The notes under the pieces are model-generated. The model was not told the origin of the DNA, ran no database searches, and saw only the letters and a program-made list of their open reading frames with translations. Below are positions 19,332-28,548 of a stretch of 64,000 nt of DNA, in pieces. How positions within the stretch are numbered: position 1 is the stretch's first letter; the number at the start of each line of letters is the position of its first letter. A program made the position numbers and the translations under genes. The stretch is taken from positions 1 to 64,000 of the forward strand of contig JBLIRO010000009.1 of assembly GCA_049472335.1 (NCBI GenBank). Reading direction: 5' to 3'. The stretch comes from a bacterium. Its GTDB lineage: Bacteria; SZUA-182; DTGQ01; JAFGSM01.

Positions 19332-21326
19332 TCAATAAAGAACTAAAGATCTTTCACATTGCATCAGCTTTAAAAAAACCTCAACTATCTTTTTGTCATA
19401 TTTGCCTTGCTGGGCTGACCTTTCTATCTCCTTTATTGCCGCCTCCCTTTCCCATGGCTCTCTATATGCCCTTGTGGAGGTAAGGGCGTTGTAAACATCG
19501 GCTACTGCAACGATCCTTGCTTCAAGAGGGATCCCTTCCCCCTTTTTGCCTTCCGGATAACCGCTCCCATCAAAATATTCATGGTGGTCTCTGGCTATAT
19601 TTAATACTGTTTCATCGTTATATCCTAAACTTTGAAGGGCTATCATACCCTCAAGTGAATGCTTCATGATCTGTTTGAATTCTAAGTCGGTTAGAATCCC
19701 TTCCTGATTCAACAAATAATGCGGGACCTTTTCTTTCCCAATATCATGCAGGCAGGCCCCTAATGCTATTTTATTCTTTTCCGATTCGGGTAGATTTAAT
19801 TCATCGGCAATGGCATAAGAGATAAAAGCCGCAACCTTCGATCCCCCTATACTTCCATCAATAACCTCTGAAGGCAGGATGATATCCTCAAGATTGTCTA
19901 CTATTTTTTCAACGGATTTATATTTTTCATATAAATAAGGTGGAATTTTATTTTGATCCAGCAATAGATTTTTCAGGCCCAGAATCTCATATACGGCTAT
20001 TCTTTCCCTTTTCCCTTTGATTGCTATTTTTTCATATTCATCCCTCTTTATTATAGCATCAGCATAAGCAATCTTGACCTCAGAGTTATCCGGATCTATC
20101 TCCAATACCTTTTCAAAAAAGTTTAAGGCGCTTGTGACATCGTAAATACTATAATAGAGTTTTCCCAATGAGAATAAAATTTCTACATCCTTAGGATTAT
20201 TCTCTAATTTTTGTGAATATAAGTTGATCTTCTGTTTGACCTGAATAAAGGTATTTTTGTTTTTTTTGATTTCGAAGGCCTTTAGTTTATTAAACTCGAC
20301 ATAAGGAAGGACCTCCTGAAAGGTGTTTTCATCTACTACAATACTATTATGGGGACATATTTCCTGGAGTCTGTCAGCCAGATTGACCATGCTGCCAATG
20401 GCCGTATAACTAATCCTTTTTTTACCAATTAATCCTGTAACGGCATAACCTGTAGATATACCCACTTTTATTTTCCAGGACTGCTCTAGGTCTTTTAAAC
20501 ATCCTTTCATCTTGATGCCTGCCGCTACAGCATGAAGAGCATGCAATTTATAATTGATGGGCGCCCCGAATTCACACATTATCTCATCGCCCAGGTACTT
20601 GTCTATATGTCCCTTATATTTGAAGACAATCGGCTCTATTCTGCAAAATATTTTATTAAGCTCGTTAATTACAACCTCAGGACGGTGTTTATCCGAAAAT
20701 TTGCTGAATCCGACTAGATCACCAAATAGAATACTAATGCGGGACTTTTCATTATGTAATCGGTTTTCAATGATCAATTTAGCCACGTTGGAATCCATGG
20801 TGGCATACAAGGTATGTTCCAACTTTCCTTTAACATGGTTAATAATAGTATTTTTTTCCACTAATTGTTCTGCCTTATAAGCCAGATTTTTATTGCTTTC
20901 CTCCAGTTTTTTATTCGATGCTTCGAGTCCTTCGAGGGTCTGTTTCATGCTTTTGTTCAGGGATTTAATGTTTTTATTTTCGACACTCAATTTTTCGTGC
21001 AGATAGCCGGATATGTAACCCGTTGAAATAAGGAAAAATCCCCAGGTGGAAATAGTGATCAATATATCTATCCCGGTTTTTCCAATAAAAAAGGCTTGGG
21101 GGAACCAATAGGCAAAAACTCCGACAATAATTATGGAAAAAAGCCCTCCCAGTGCAGCATGTTTTTTCCCCTTGTAATAACCCACAAATATAACAGGTAT
21201 GTAAAAGAGATTTAAGAAATCGATTTTATTCGGGATAAAATAATAGATAATCAAGATTGAAGCAAGAACGGTGAGTACAAAGAATTGTTCGAAGTTTCCA
21301 ATGCTGTATTTTTTAGGTTTTTCCAT
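19332..21326 (-). CDS. Membrane-anchored class III adenylate cyclase with inserted TPR and C-terminal HD-GYP domain
   Basis: N-terminal TMs and coiled coil; FGDLVGFS, DKYLGD, YTAIGSMVNLADRL; TPR (ILFSLGKLYY...FEKVLEIDPDN); LHDIGK, HHE and GSGYP. Confidence 0.88.
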   Translation of the reverse strand: MEKPKKYSIGNFEQFFVLTVLASILIIYYFIPNKIDFLNLFYIPVIFVGYYKGKKHAALGGLFSIIIVGVFAYWFPQAFFIGKTGIDILITISTWGFFLISTGYISGYLHEKLSVENKNIKSLNKSMKQTLEGLEASNKKLEESNKNLAYKAEQLVEKNTIINHVKGKLEHTLYATMDSNVAKLIIENRLHNEKSRISILFGDLVGFSKFSDKHRPEVVINELNKIFCRIEPIVFKYKGHIDKYLGDEIMCEFGAPINYKLHALHAVAAGIKMKGCLKDLEQSWKIKVGISTGYAVTGLIGKKRISYTAIGSMVNLADRLQEICPHNSIVVDENTFQEVLPYVEFNKLKAFEIKKNKNTFIQVKQKINLYSQKLENNPKDVEILFSLGKLYYSIYDVTSALNFFEKVLEIDPDNSEVKIAYADAIIKRDEYEKIAIKGKRERIAVYEILGLKNLLLDQNKIPPYLYEKYKSVEKIVDNLEDIILPSEVIDGSIGGSKVAAFISYAIADELNLPESEKNKIALGACLHDIGKEKVPHYLLNQEGILTDLEFKQIMKHSLEGMIALQSLGYNDETVLNIARDHHEYFDGSGYPEGKKGEGIPLEARIVAVADVYNALTSTRAYREPWEREAAIKEIERSAQQGKYDKKIVEVFLKLMQCERSLVLY

Positions 21327-21482
21327 TAAATTCCCGTTTTCTGCATATTTTTAACTTTTAAAAACTATTTCTAGGATGTATAGACCTATATATCTATTAT
21401 AATTATTCGGTTTTTTTTTAGAAAAATTTGGAATTTAAGGAAAAATATCTTTATGGGGAAGATAAACAGTATTCAGCTATAC

Positions 21483-22247
21483 TTAATTTTTTACCTTAAG
21501 GCCCTTTGTCTTTAAATATTCTTTGACTTCTTTAATGCTTAAGATCCGGTAATGAAAGACCGAAGCAGCTAATAAAATCTCCGCTCCACCACGAATAACC
21601 CCGTCATAAAAATGTTCCAGTTTCCCCGCGCCTCCTGAGGCAATTACAGGAAGATCAACTGCATCAGAAATAGCCTTTGTGAATTCAAGGTCATATCCGG
21701 TCTGCGTCCCGTCGCCATCCATACTGGTGGGAAGTATAACTCCGGCACCCAGGTCTTGACATTCTCTAGCCCACAGTACAGCATCTTTTCTTGCCGGCTT
21801 GGTTCCGCCTGAGACGACTATCTCAAAACCGGAGGGCATTTTTGAATTCCTTCTGCCATCAATAGCTATGGTGATCTTCTCAGAACCAAATCTTTTTGCT
21901 GATTTCGTAACAATATCCGGTTCATTTACCGCTGCGCTATTCATGGAGATTTTATCCGCACCTGCCTCCAGAACCAATTCGATGTCTTCAAGGGTGGAAA
22001 TCCCGCCGCCAACCGTAAGGGAAATATTAATTACAGAGGATACGTTCTTAATCCATTCCAATCTGGTTTTTCTGTTTTCCAATGTAGCCGCTATATCCAG
22101 CATAGCCAGCTCATCCGCGCCTTCCTCTTGATAAAAACGGGCATTTTCAACAGGATCTCCTGCATCTTTGAGGTTTACAAAGTTGACTCCCTTTACAACC
22201 CTACCATCTTTCATGTCAAGACACGGCATAATCTTAATAATCTCCAT
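21483..22247 (-). CDS. hisF: Imidazole glycerol phosphate synthase cyclase subunit
   Basis: [49 protein letters not shown] and LAASVFH. Confidence 0.95.
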   Translation of the reverse strand: MEIIKIMPCLDMKDGRVVKGVNFVNLKDAGDPVENARFYQEEGADELAMLDIAATLENRKTRLEWIKNVSSVINISLTVGGGISTLEDIELVLEAGADKISMNSAAVNEPDIVTKSAKRFGSEKITIAIDGRRNSKMPSGFEIVVSGGTKPARKDAVLWARECQDLGAGVILPTSMDGDGTQTGYDLEFTKAISDAVDLPVIASGGAGKLEHFYDGVIRGGAEILLAASVFHYRILSIKEVKEYLKTKGLKVKN

Positions 22248-22411
22248 AAAAGCTCCCTTCGAGTTTTCCTTTATTCAGTATCCAGCAATCGGCATAGCGA
22301 AGATCCGCCACGGGAAACCAGCCTTTAAACTTTTCGAATTGAGGCGAAACTTCAATAGCATATATTATTTCACTATGCCATTATACATTTATGTAAAAAG
22401 ATATTTCAAGA

Positions 22412-22521
22412 TGCTGGGGATGTATCCCCAGCAATTCTGATTATGATAATTGTTTTACCGGATCCGACTGACCATAGATTGTTTCTCCATAATTAATTGC
22501 TGGAATGCATCCCCGGCAATT
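22412..22521. repeat. Two copies of a ~25-bp GC-rich palindrome (REP-like)
   Basis: tgctggggatgtatccccagcaatt at 22412 and tgctggaatgcatccccggcaatt at 22498. Confidence 0.6.
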
Positions 22522-22536
22522 TTAGTGATGAACGAA

Positions 22537-23229
22537 TTATTTAAATGGGGGAGGCCAGGGCCAGTTATCAGGATTAGGGGATTCTATAAGGACTTTTTCT
22601 TCCTTTGTGGGATGTGTTATTATAAGTCTCTTGGCTAAAAGAGCAATCCTGCGATCGGGTAAACAACAGGGCGAGCCATACTTTCTGTCTCCGAGGACCG
22701 GATGGCCCATACCAGCCATCTGAACCCGGATTTGATGATGGCGGCCTGTTTTTAGTTCAATCTCCATAAGACTTAACTTGGAAAAACTCTCCAATGTTCG
22801 ATATGACAATATTGCGATTTGGGCATTTTTCATGTCAGGCCTGCTGAGAAAGCTTTTCCGACCATGTCTTCTTATATGTCCGGATATTTCTCCTTCAGAA
22901 GGGAAAGGTTTTCCATGTATCACAGCCCAGTAAGTCTTCTTAATCATGTGTTCACGGATTTGTTCACAGAGCCTGTTTGCAGCCTTGGATGTCCTGGCAA
23001 ACAGGACCACCCCTGCCACCGGCCTGTCCAGTCTTTGTATAAGTCCGATATAAACCCTGCCGGGCTTATTATATTTTGTTTTAATATATTCCCTTGCCAT
23101 CTCGAGCAACGTCAAGTCACCGGTATTGTCCCCTTGTACAAGAAGGCCGGCGGGTTTAAAAACTGCAAGCAAATGATTGTCCTCATATAAAACCTGTAGA
23201 ATGGGTTTTTTAGGTTTTTTCTCATCCAT
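22537..23229 (-). CDS. RluA-family pseudouridine synthase
   Basis: VLYEDNHLLAVFKPAGL, QRLD (catalytic Asp; HRLD variant), TGRHHQIRVQ and GHPVLGDRKYG. Confidence 0.92.
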   Translation of the reverse strand: MDEKKPKKPILQVLYEDNHLLAVFKPAGLLVQGDNTGDLTLLEMAREYIKTKYNKPGRVYIGLIQRLDRPVAGVVLFARTSKAANRLCEQIREHMIKKTYWAVIHGKPFPSEGEISGHIRRHGRKSFLSRPDMKNAQIAILSYRTLESFSKLSLMEIELKTGRHHQIRVQMAGMGHPVLGDRKYGSPCCLPDRRIALLAKRLIITHPTKEEKVLIESPNPDNWPWPPPFK

Positions 23230-23450
23230 TACAAGAATATCTCATGACTAAAAAGGATTGCTGGTCAGTAAATCAATAACTTGACCTTTGATCAAAATTT
23301 CTGTCATACTATACAGGTTAAGGTACTGATTAGACAATAATTAAAAAGATAAAAGGCCCTTTACCGGAGAATAAAATATATTAAGATATCGTGTTTTTTA
23401 AATCAACTCAGATATATATCAGATGATATGTATAAAAGGAAAGGAGTATC

Positions 23451-24347
23451 ATGAAAGGGATCATTTTGGCCGGGGGGGCAGGCACCAGGCTCCATCCCAT
23501 TACGCGCGCCGTGAGTAAACAGCTTCTTGCAGTTTATGATAAACCGATGGTTTATTATCCCCTATCAGTACTTATGTTAGCTGGAATTCGCGAGATCCTT
23601 ATTATTTCTACACCTTCCGATTTGCCAAGTTTTAGGACCCTTTTTGGAAATGGCTCTCAACTGGGTCTGCGTTTTTCTTATGAAGAACAACCACGGCCTG
23701 AAGGCCTCGCACAGGCCTTTATAATCGGCAAAAAATTTATAGGGAAGGATTCGGTATGTCTTGTGCTCGGAGATAATATATTTCATGGGCAAGGGCTGTC
23801 AGGTATACTAAAGAAATGCACCGAGCTGAAAAAAGGGGGCATAATTTTTGGGTACCTTGTAAAGGATCCTCAACGCTATGGTGTTGTGGAATTTGATGAA
23901 AACGGAAAAGTCATCGGAATAGAGGAGAAGCCCAAACAACCTAAATCCAGATATGCTGTCCCCGGTCTGTATTTTTATGATAATACAGTTGTAAGTATTG
24001 CCGAAAATCTTAAACCTTCAGCGCGTGGTGAGCTTGAAATCACCGATGTGAATTATGAATATTTGCGCAAGGGGACACTCAAGGTAGAGCTTTTCGGTCG
24101 CGGCTTTTGTTGGCTTGACACAGGGACCTATGAATCCCTTCATCATGCCGCAAATTATGTCCAGGCAGTACAAGATAGACAGGCCTTGAAGATTGCCTGT
24201 ATCGAAGAGATCGCTTACCGCATGGGTTATATAGACGAAGCACAAATAAGGAAACTGGCCTGTGGCTTGTTCCAAAATGAATATGGTCATTATCTGTTAA
24301 GTATTCTGGAAGGAAAAAAGGCAGGAATAACTCATGAAAATCATTGA
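23451..24347 (+). CDS. rfbA: Glucose-1-phosphate thymidylyltransferase
   Basis: [37 protein letters not shown] and WLDTGT. Confidence 0.96.
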   Translation: MKGIILAGGAGTRLHPITRAVSKQLLAVYDKPMVYYPLSVLMLAGIREILIISTPSDLPSFRTLFGNGSQLGLRFSYEEQPRPEGLAQAFIIGKKFIGKDSVCLVLGDNIFHGQGLSGILKKCTELKKGGIIFGYLVKDPQRYGVVEFDENGKVIGIEEKPKQPKSRYAVPGLYFYDNTVVSIAENLKPSARGELEITDVNYEYLRKGTLKVELFGRGFCWLDTGTYESLHHAANYVQAVQDRQALKIACIEEIAYRMGYIDEAQIRKLACGLFQNEYGHYLLSILEGKKAGITHENH

Positions 24348-24876
24348 AACAGCGCTGCCCGGTGTTTTATTGATAGAACCCGATGTGTTTGAAGATAACA
24401 GAGGCTTTTTCATGGAGACATACCACAATGACAAGTATGCTTCAGGAGGGATTGACCGGGTTTTTGTTCAGGACAATTATTCCTATTCCATAAAGGGAAC
24501 CCTAAGGGGGCTGCATTACCAATTTCCCCATCCCCAGGCTAAACTGATATTTGCCATAAGTGGAGAGATATATGATGTTGCTGTGGATATTCGAAGCGGG
24601 TCTCCAACCTTCGGGAAATGGGTAGGAGTAAATCTTTCATCAAAAAACAAGCGTCAGATCTTAGTGCCTGAGGGGTTTGCACATGGCTTTTGCGTGATAA
24701 GTGATACTGCGAAGGTGATATATAAATGTACAGATTTTTACTACCCTGAGTATGATCAGGGAATCTTATGGTCTGATCCGGCCATTGGGATTGATTGGCC
24801 TGTTAAAAACCCCCTTCTTTCTATAAAGGATGCTCAATTGCCACGGCTGGGAAAAGGTGTTGCGTTGACCTGGTAA
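24334..24876 (+). CDS. rfbC: dTDP-4-dehydrorhamnose 3,5-epimerase
   Basis: [34 protein letters not shown] and PEGFAHGF. Confidence 0.96.
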   Translation: MKIIETALPGVLLIEPDVFEDNRGFFMETYHNDKYASGGIDRVFVQDNYSYSIKGTLRGLHYQFPHPQAKLIFAISGEIYDVAVDIRSGSPTFGKWVGVNLSSKNKRQILVPEGFAHGFCVISDTAKVIYKCTDFYYPEYDQGILWSDPAIGIDWPVKNPLLSIKDAQLPRLGKGVALTW

Positions 24877-25125
24877 TAAGCCGTAATTCTTGATTGATTA
24901 TACCATCGCCTCATGATATTCTTATAAACAAGAGGAGAAGTTATAAATACGAGATAAACTCATAAAAAGTCATTAAAGGAGTCATTGGCATTTTATACAA
25001 AAAACTCCCTAATCGGTGGAATGACTTTTTATAATCCATCATGTGTTACTAATAAAAACTTTAGGCACTCGACACTTTAGGCACTTACTTTATAACTTTA
25101 GATATTTTACTTTTAAGGGATTAGA

Positions 25126-25764
25126 ATGAAGTTAGATCCAATAATCCTGTTGCAATTTGTTGCACTGCTTTTTTCCATAACTATTCATGAAGCCAGCCAT
25201 GCTTGGATGGCTAAAAAATGCGGAGATCCGACTGCCGCATATCTAGGGAGGATTACTCTAAATCCTGTGCCCCATATTGATCTCATCGGAACAATCATTA
25301 TACCGTTGTTCCTTATGATTTTCAGCCCGGGATTCGGATTGATAGGGTGGGGAAAGCCATGTCCTGTTAATCCGCTTAATTACAGAAACTATAAAAGAGA
25401 TGATATTTTGGTTTCCATAGCAGGTGTCACTTCGAATTTTATAGCCGCGCTTGCGAGCCTGCTCCTTCTAAAATCTTTTCTTACGTTGGGTTTCAATTCA
25501 AAAGGAATGTTCGTTCTTTTTCAGATCATGTTTCAGCTCAACATTGTGCTTATGATTTTCAACCTGTTGCCCATACCTCCGCTTGACGGATCTCATTTGC
25601 TGAAACAGCTTTTGTCGCAAGATACTGCTGAGAAATTAGCGTTTCTGGATCAATGGGGTTTTTTGATTCTGCTTATCTTGATCAATACGCCTGTGTTTGA
25701 TAGCTTTTTTTTCCTGTTTATGAATCCCTTTAATAGGCTTTTTTGGCTTATAGTAAATATATAA
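25126..25764 (+). CDS. Site-2 protease (M50 family)
   Basis: HEASH, GDPTA..GRITLNP and FNLLPIPPLDG. Confidence 0.93.
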   Translation: MKLDPIILLQFVALLFSITIHEASHAWMAKKCGDPTAAYLGRITLNPVPHIDLIGTIIIPLFLMIFSPGFGLIGWGKPCPVNPLNYRNYKRDDILVSIAGVTSNFIAALASLLLLKSFLTLGFNSKGMFVLFQIMFQLNIVLMIFNLLPIPPLDGSHLLKQLLSQDTAEKLAFLDQWGFLILLILINTPVFDSFFFLFMNPFNRLFWLIVNI

Positions 25765-25793
25765 AAATCTTATATTAAAAGGAGTCGTTAGTC

Positions 25794-26402
25794 ATGGAAT
25801 TAAAACGTTTGGGACATGCCTGCTTTAAAATCAAGGGGAACGGACTAATTATCTATATTGATCCTTATAATCTTAAAAATCCTGATCAAGCAGACCTTAT
25901 ACTTATAACCCACGACCATTATGATCATTGCAGCCTGAATGATATAGAAAAGATCAGAACCGATAATACCATTATTATTGCTTCTGCGGACTGTTCCATT
26001 AGCGGGGATGTCAGACATATGAATCCGGGTGATAAGATGGTTGTAAAGGGTGTGGAGATTGAGGCGGTATCTGCCTATAATATAGGTAAGCCTTTCCATC
26101 CGAGAGAAAAAGGAAATTTAGGCTATATAATTACTGTAGAAGGAAAAAGGATATATCACGCCGGAGATACTGATCTCATTTCAGAGATGAATTCTATAAC
26201 ATGTGATATTGCACTTTTGCCGGTCAGTGGAACCTATGTTATGACCCCTCAGGAGGCTGCAAAGGCGGCAGACATGATCAGGCCGTCTCTGGTGGCTATA
26301 CCGATGCATTATGGTTCGGGAGTCGTAGGAACAACAGTGGATGCTGAGAACTTTGAAAAGAACACAGGCATTCATGTAGTGTTTGATACATATACATGTT
26401 AG
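25794..26402 (+). CDS. Metallo-beta-lactamase fold hydrolase
   Basis: LGHACF, THDHYDH, YHAGDT and IPMHY. Confidence 0.92.
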   Translation: MELKRLGHACFKIKGNGLIIYIDPYNLKNPDQADLILITHDHYDHCSLNDIEKIRTDNTIIIASADCSISGDVRHMNPGDKMVVKGVEIEAVSAYNIGKPFHPREKGNLGYIITVEGKRIYHAGDTDLISEMNSITCDIALLPVSGTYVMTPQEAAKAADMIRPSLVAIPMHYGSGVVGTTVDAENFEKNTGIHVVFDTYTC

Positions 26403-26425
26403 TTCTGTTTATTACTTAAGATCAC

Positions 26426-27142
26426 TTAATGCCATTTCCGGTAATCATTTTGATTGCGGTCCCGTATCCTCCTTATTTTTTTAAGAATGTTGGGATATTC
26501 CAAGTATATATAACCGATAACCATCCCTCCCAGATGGGCCATATGCGCAATACCGTCTTTTCTAGCTGAGATTGAGGAGACAAATTCTATAAGGCCGAAA
26601 ATGAGTGCAAAATACTTGGCCTTGATTGGATAGGGGAAAAATATAAGCAATATATCCCTGTCAGGATATGTTAAGGCAAAGGCGAGCAAGATTCCATAGA
26701 TAGCGCCTGAAGCGCCGATTATTGGAATTGGTGAGTAAAAAGTAAATATGGCGGAACATAAACCCGCTCCAATTCCGGTAATGAAAAAATATTTGATAAA
26801 GAACCTTGTCCCCCAACGATATTCAAGATCGCTCCCAAACATCCACAAAGCGAAGAGATTGAAAAAGATATGGGTGATCCCGCCGTGAAGGAATATATAG
26901 GTGACAGGCTGCCATATAAATCCCCTCCAGAAAAAAAGCGGTGTGAGTCCAAACAATGGATTCAGACCAGGATACGGCATGATATGATAGTGAAGGAAGA
27001 AACCGGAGGGTATTATCTGGACGTTGTCCAAAATTATCTGCAAGAAAAAGACAACTCCTATGATAATCATTAATTTCTTTATTCCCGGGCTTAAAGGTGG
27101 CCCAAATGAGGTATATCTGGGTCTGTATTCATAATAAGGCAT
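26426..27142 (-). CDS. Rhomboid intramembrane serine protease
   Basis: WQPVTYIFLHG..HIFFN, GASGAIYG and AHMAHLGG. Confidence 0.93.
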   Translation of the reverse strand: MPYYEYRPRYTSFGPPLSPGIKKLMIIIGVVFFLQIILDNVQIIPSGFFLHYHIMPYPGLNPLFGLTPLFFWRGFIWQPVTYIFLHGGITHIFFNLFALWMFGSDLEYRWGTRFFIKYFFITGIGAGLCSAIFTFYSPIPIIGASGAIYGILLAFALTYPDRDILLIFFPYPIKAKYFALIFGLIEFVSSISARKDGIAHMAHLGGMVIGYIYLEYPNILKKIRRIRDRNQNDYRKWH

Positions 27143-27193
27143 TTTTTGTCCTGTCTGTTTAATTCACTCTTTTAACTCAATTCCAGATGAAAA

Positions 27194-27778
27194 TTATCGT
27201 CTCTTGAATCTTTTTATAATTGTGGCTGCCAGGAAGATTTTGAAAATAGATCCCGGAATAAAAGGAAAGAAGCCCATATAGAGGGCTTGTGTAAGATTAC
27301 ATTTACCCCAAAGTATCAATTGAGTAATCCCTAATATAAAGATAGCAGAAGTAGCGAGAAATAGCACTCCAATAATCTTTGCCCAGGAATGATTTGATCC
27401 TGAGCCTATTATATTCCCGACAATCCACGCTGCAACCACGAATCCGATAAGATACCCCCCGGTAGGACCGAGGATATATAAAAGGCCGCATGAGGCACCT
27501 GCAAAAATAGGAAAGCCACATGCACCCATGAGAAGATAAAGACCCATTGTGCCCGCCCCCCAAACGCTTCCAAGAAATGCACCGGCTAGAAGAACAAAAA
27601 GGGTTTGAAGGGTAAAGGGTACAGGCGTAAAGGGCAAATATACTCTGACGAATGCCCCCAGGGCCATTAATATTATAAATATACCCATACCCATAATTCG
27701 ATTTACAATATATGGAAGATTTATGGGTAAGGTAAGAATTTCTTTAATATCAGTATATGAATAAGCTTGAATCTTCAT
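27194..27778 (-). CDS. bioY: Biotin transporter S component
   Basis: PFTPVPFTLQT, G.PIFAG and GPTGGYLIGF. Confidence 0.93.
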   Translation of the reverse strand: MKIQAYSYTDIKEILTLPINLPYIVNRIMGMGIFIILMALGAFVRVYLPFTPVPFTLQTLFVLLAGAFLGSVWGAGTMGLYLLMGACGFPIFAGASCGLLYILGPTGGYLIGFVVAAWIVGNIIGSGSNHSWAKIIGVLFLATSAIFILGITQLILWGKCNLTQALYMGFFPFIPGSIFKIFLAATIIKRFKRR

Positions 27779-27903
27779 GCCAGTTCCCTATTAAAAAACA
27801 CTTAATCTCTTTAAACAAATAAAATGTTACATTTTTTTTATACTTTGGATTTTTTAAAACATCTTGTTTTACCAAAAGATTTCAGAAAAATCAATAGGGT
27901 TTC

Positions 27904-28491
27904 TTAAGTAAAGTCTTTATGTATGTTTTCGCCCAATAAAAATGCCTCTTGCAAGGCAGTGGGGTGAGACTTGATGGCCCCTTTCTCATCCACCCCTCTA
28001 ATCAGAAGTTGTCCTGCATAATTAACATCTAAGGTATCAAAGAAGTATTTTACTGTCAACTTGACTCCTTTAAATAGCTTTTCACCTTTTGTTGCACCCA
28101 CAGACACAAAATAGCCCTTTCTTTCTTTCTGAATCGGTAAGGGTCTTTTTAGAATATATTTGTTTACCCAAAGGGACTGACATCTGTCCACAAAGGCTTT
28201 GGTATGGGCAGGCAGGCTGTAAAAGAAGATAGGTGTGGCGAGGACTATGGCATCCGCGTCAAAAACAGGACCTAATACCTTATCAAAATCATCCTTGATG
28301 ACGCAACGGCCTGTCTTTCTACATCCATAGATCTCAATACAAGGTTTGATCTTGTAAGAAGATATGATCACTTTTTCTGTATTTGCCCCTTTGGATTGAG
28401 CGCCTCTTAGCACCTCGTCGAGGAGAAGCTCCGTATTCCCTCCCAGCCTGGGGCTACCCATTAAACCAAGGACTTTCAAATTATTTTTCAT
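27904..28491 (-). CDS. Flavodoxin-family / iron-sulfur flavoprotein-like protein
   Basis: GSPRLGGNT, PCIEIYGC....C.IKDD, ATPIFF and KAFVDR. Confidence 0.88.
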   Translation of the reverse strand: MKNNLKVLGLMGSPRLGGNTELLLDEVLRGAQSKGANTEKVIISSYKIKPCIEIYGCRKTGRCVIKDDFDKVLGPVFDADAIVLATPIFFYSLPAHTKAFVDRCQSLWVNKYILKRPLPIQKERKGYFVSVGATKGEKLFKGVKLTVKYFFDTLDVNYAGQLLIRGVDEKGAIKSHPTALQEAFLLGENIHKDFT

Positions 28492-28548
28492 AATAAGATA
28501 AAAGAGGTCGATGATACTTGTTTTTCATTGTATAATATACCATAAGAA

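Noticed and set aside
22250..22400. Possible riboswitch or His-rich leader peptide upstream of hisF
   Set aside because: I recognised no aptamer consensus, and the short minus-strand frame I translated contains no His run.
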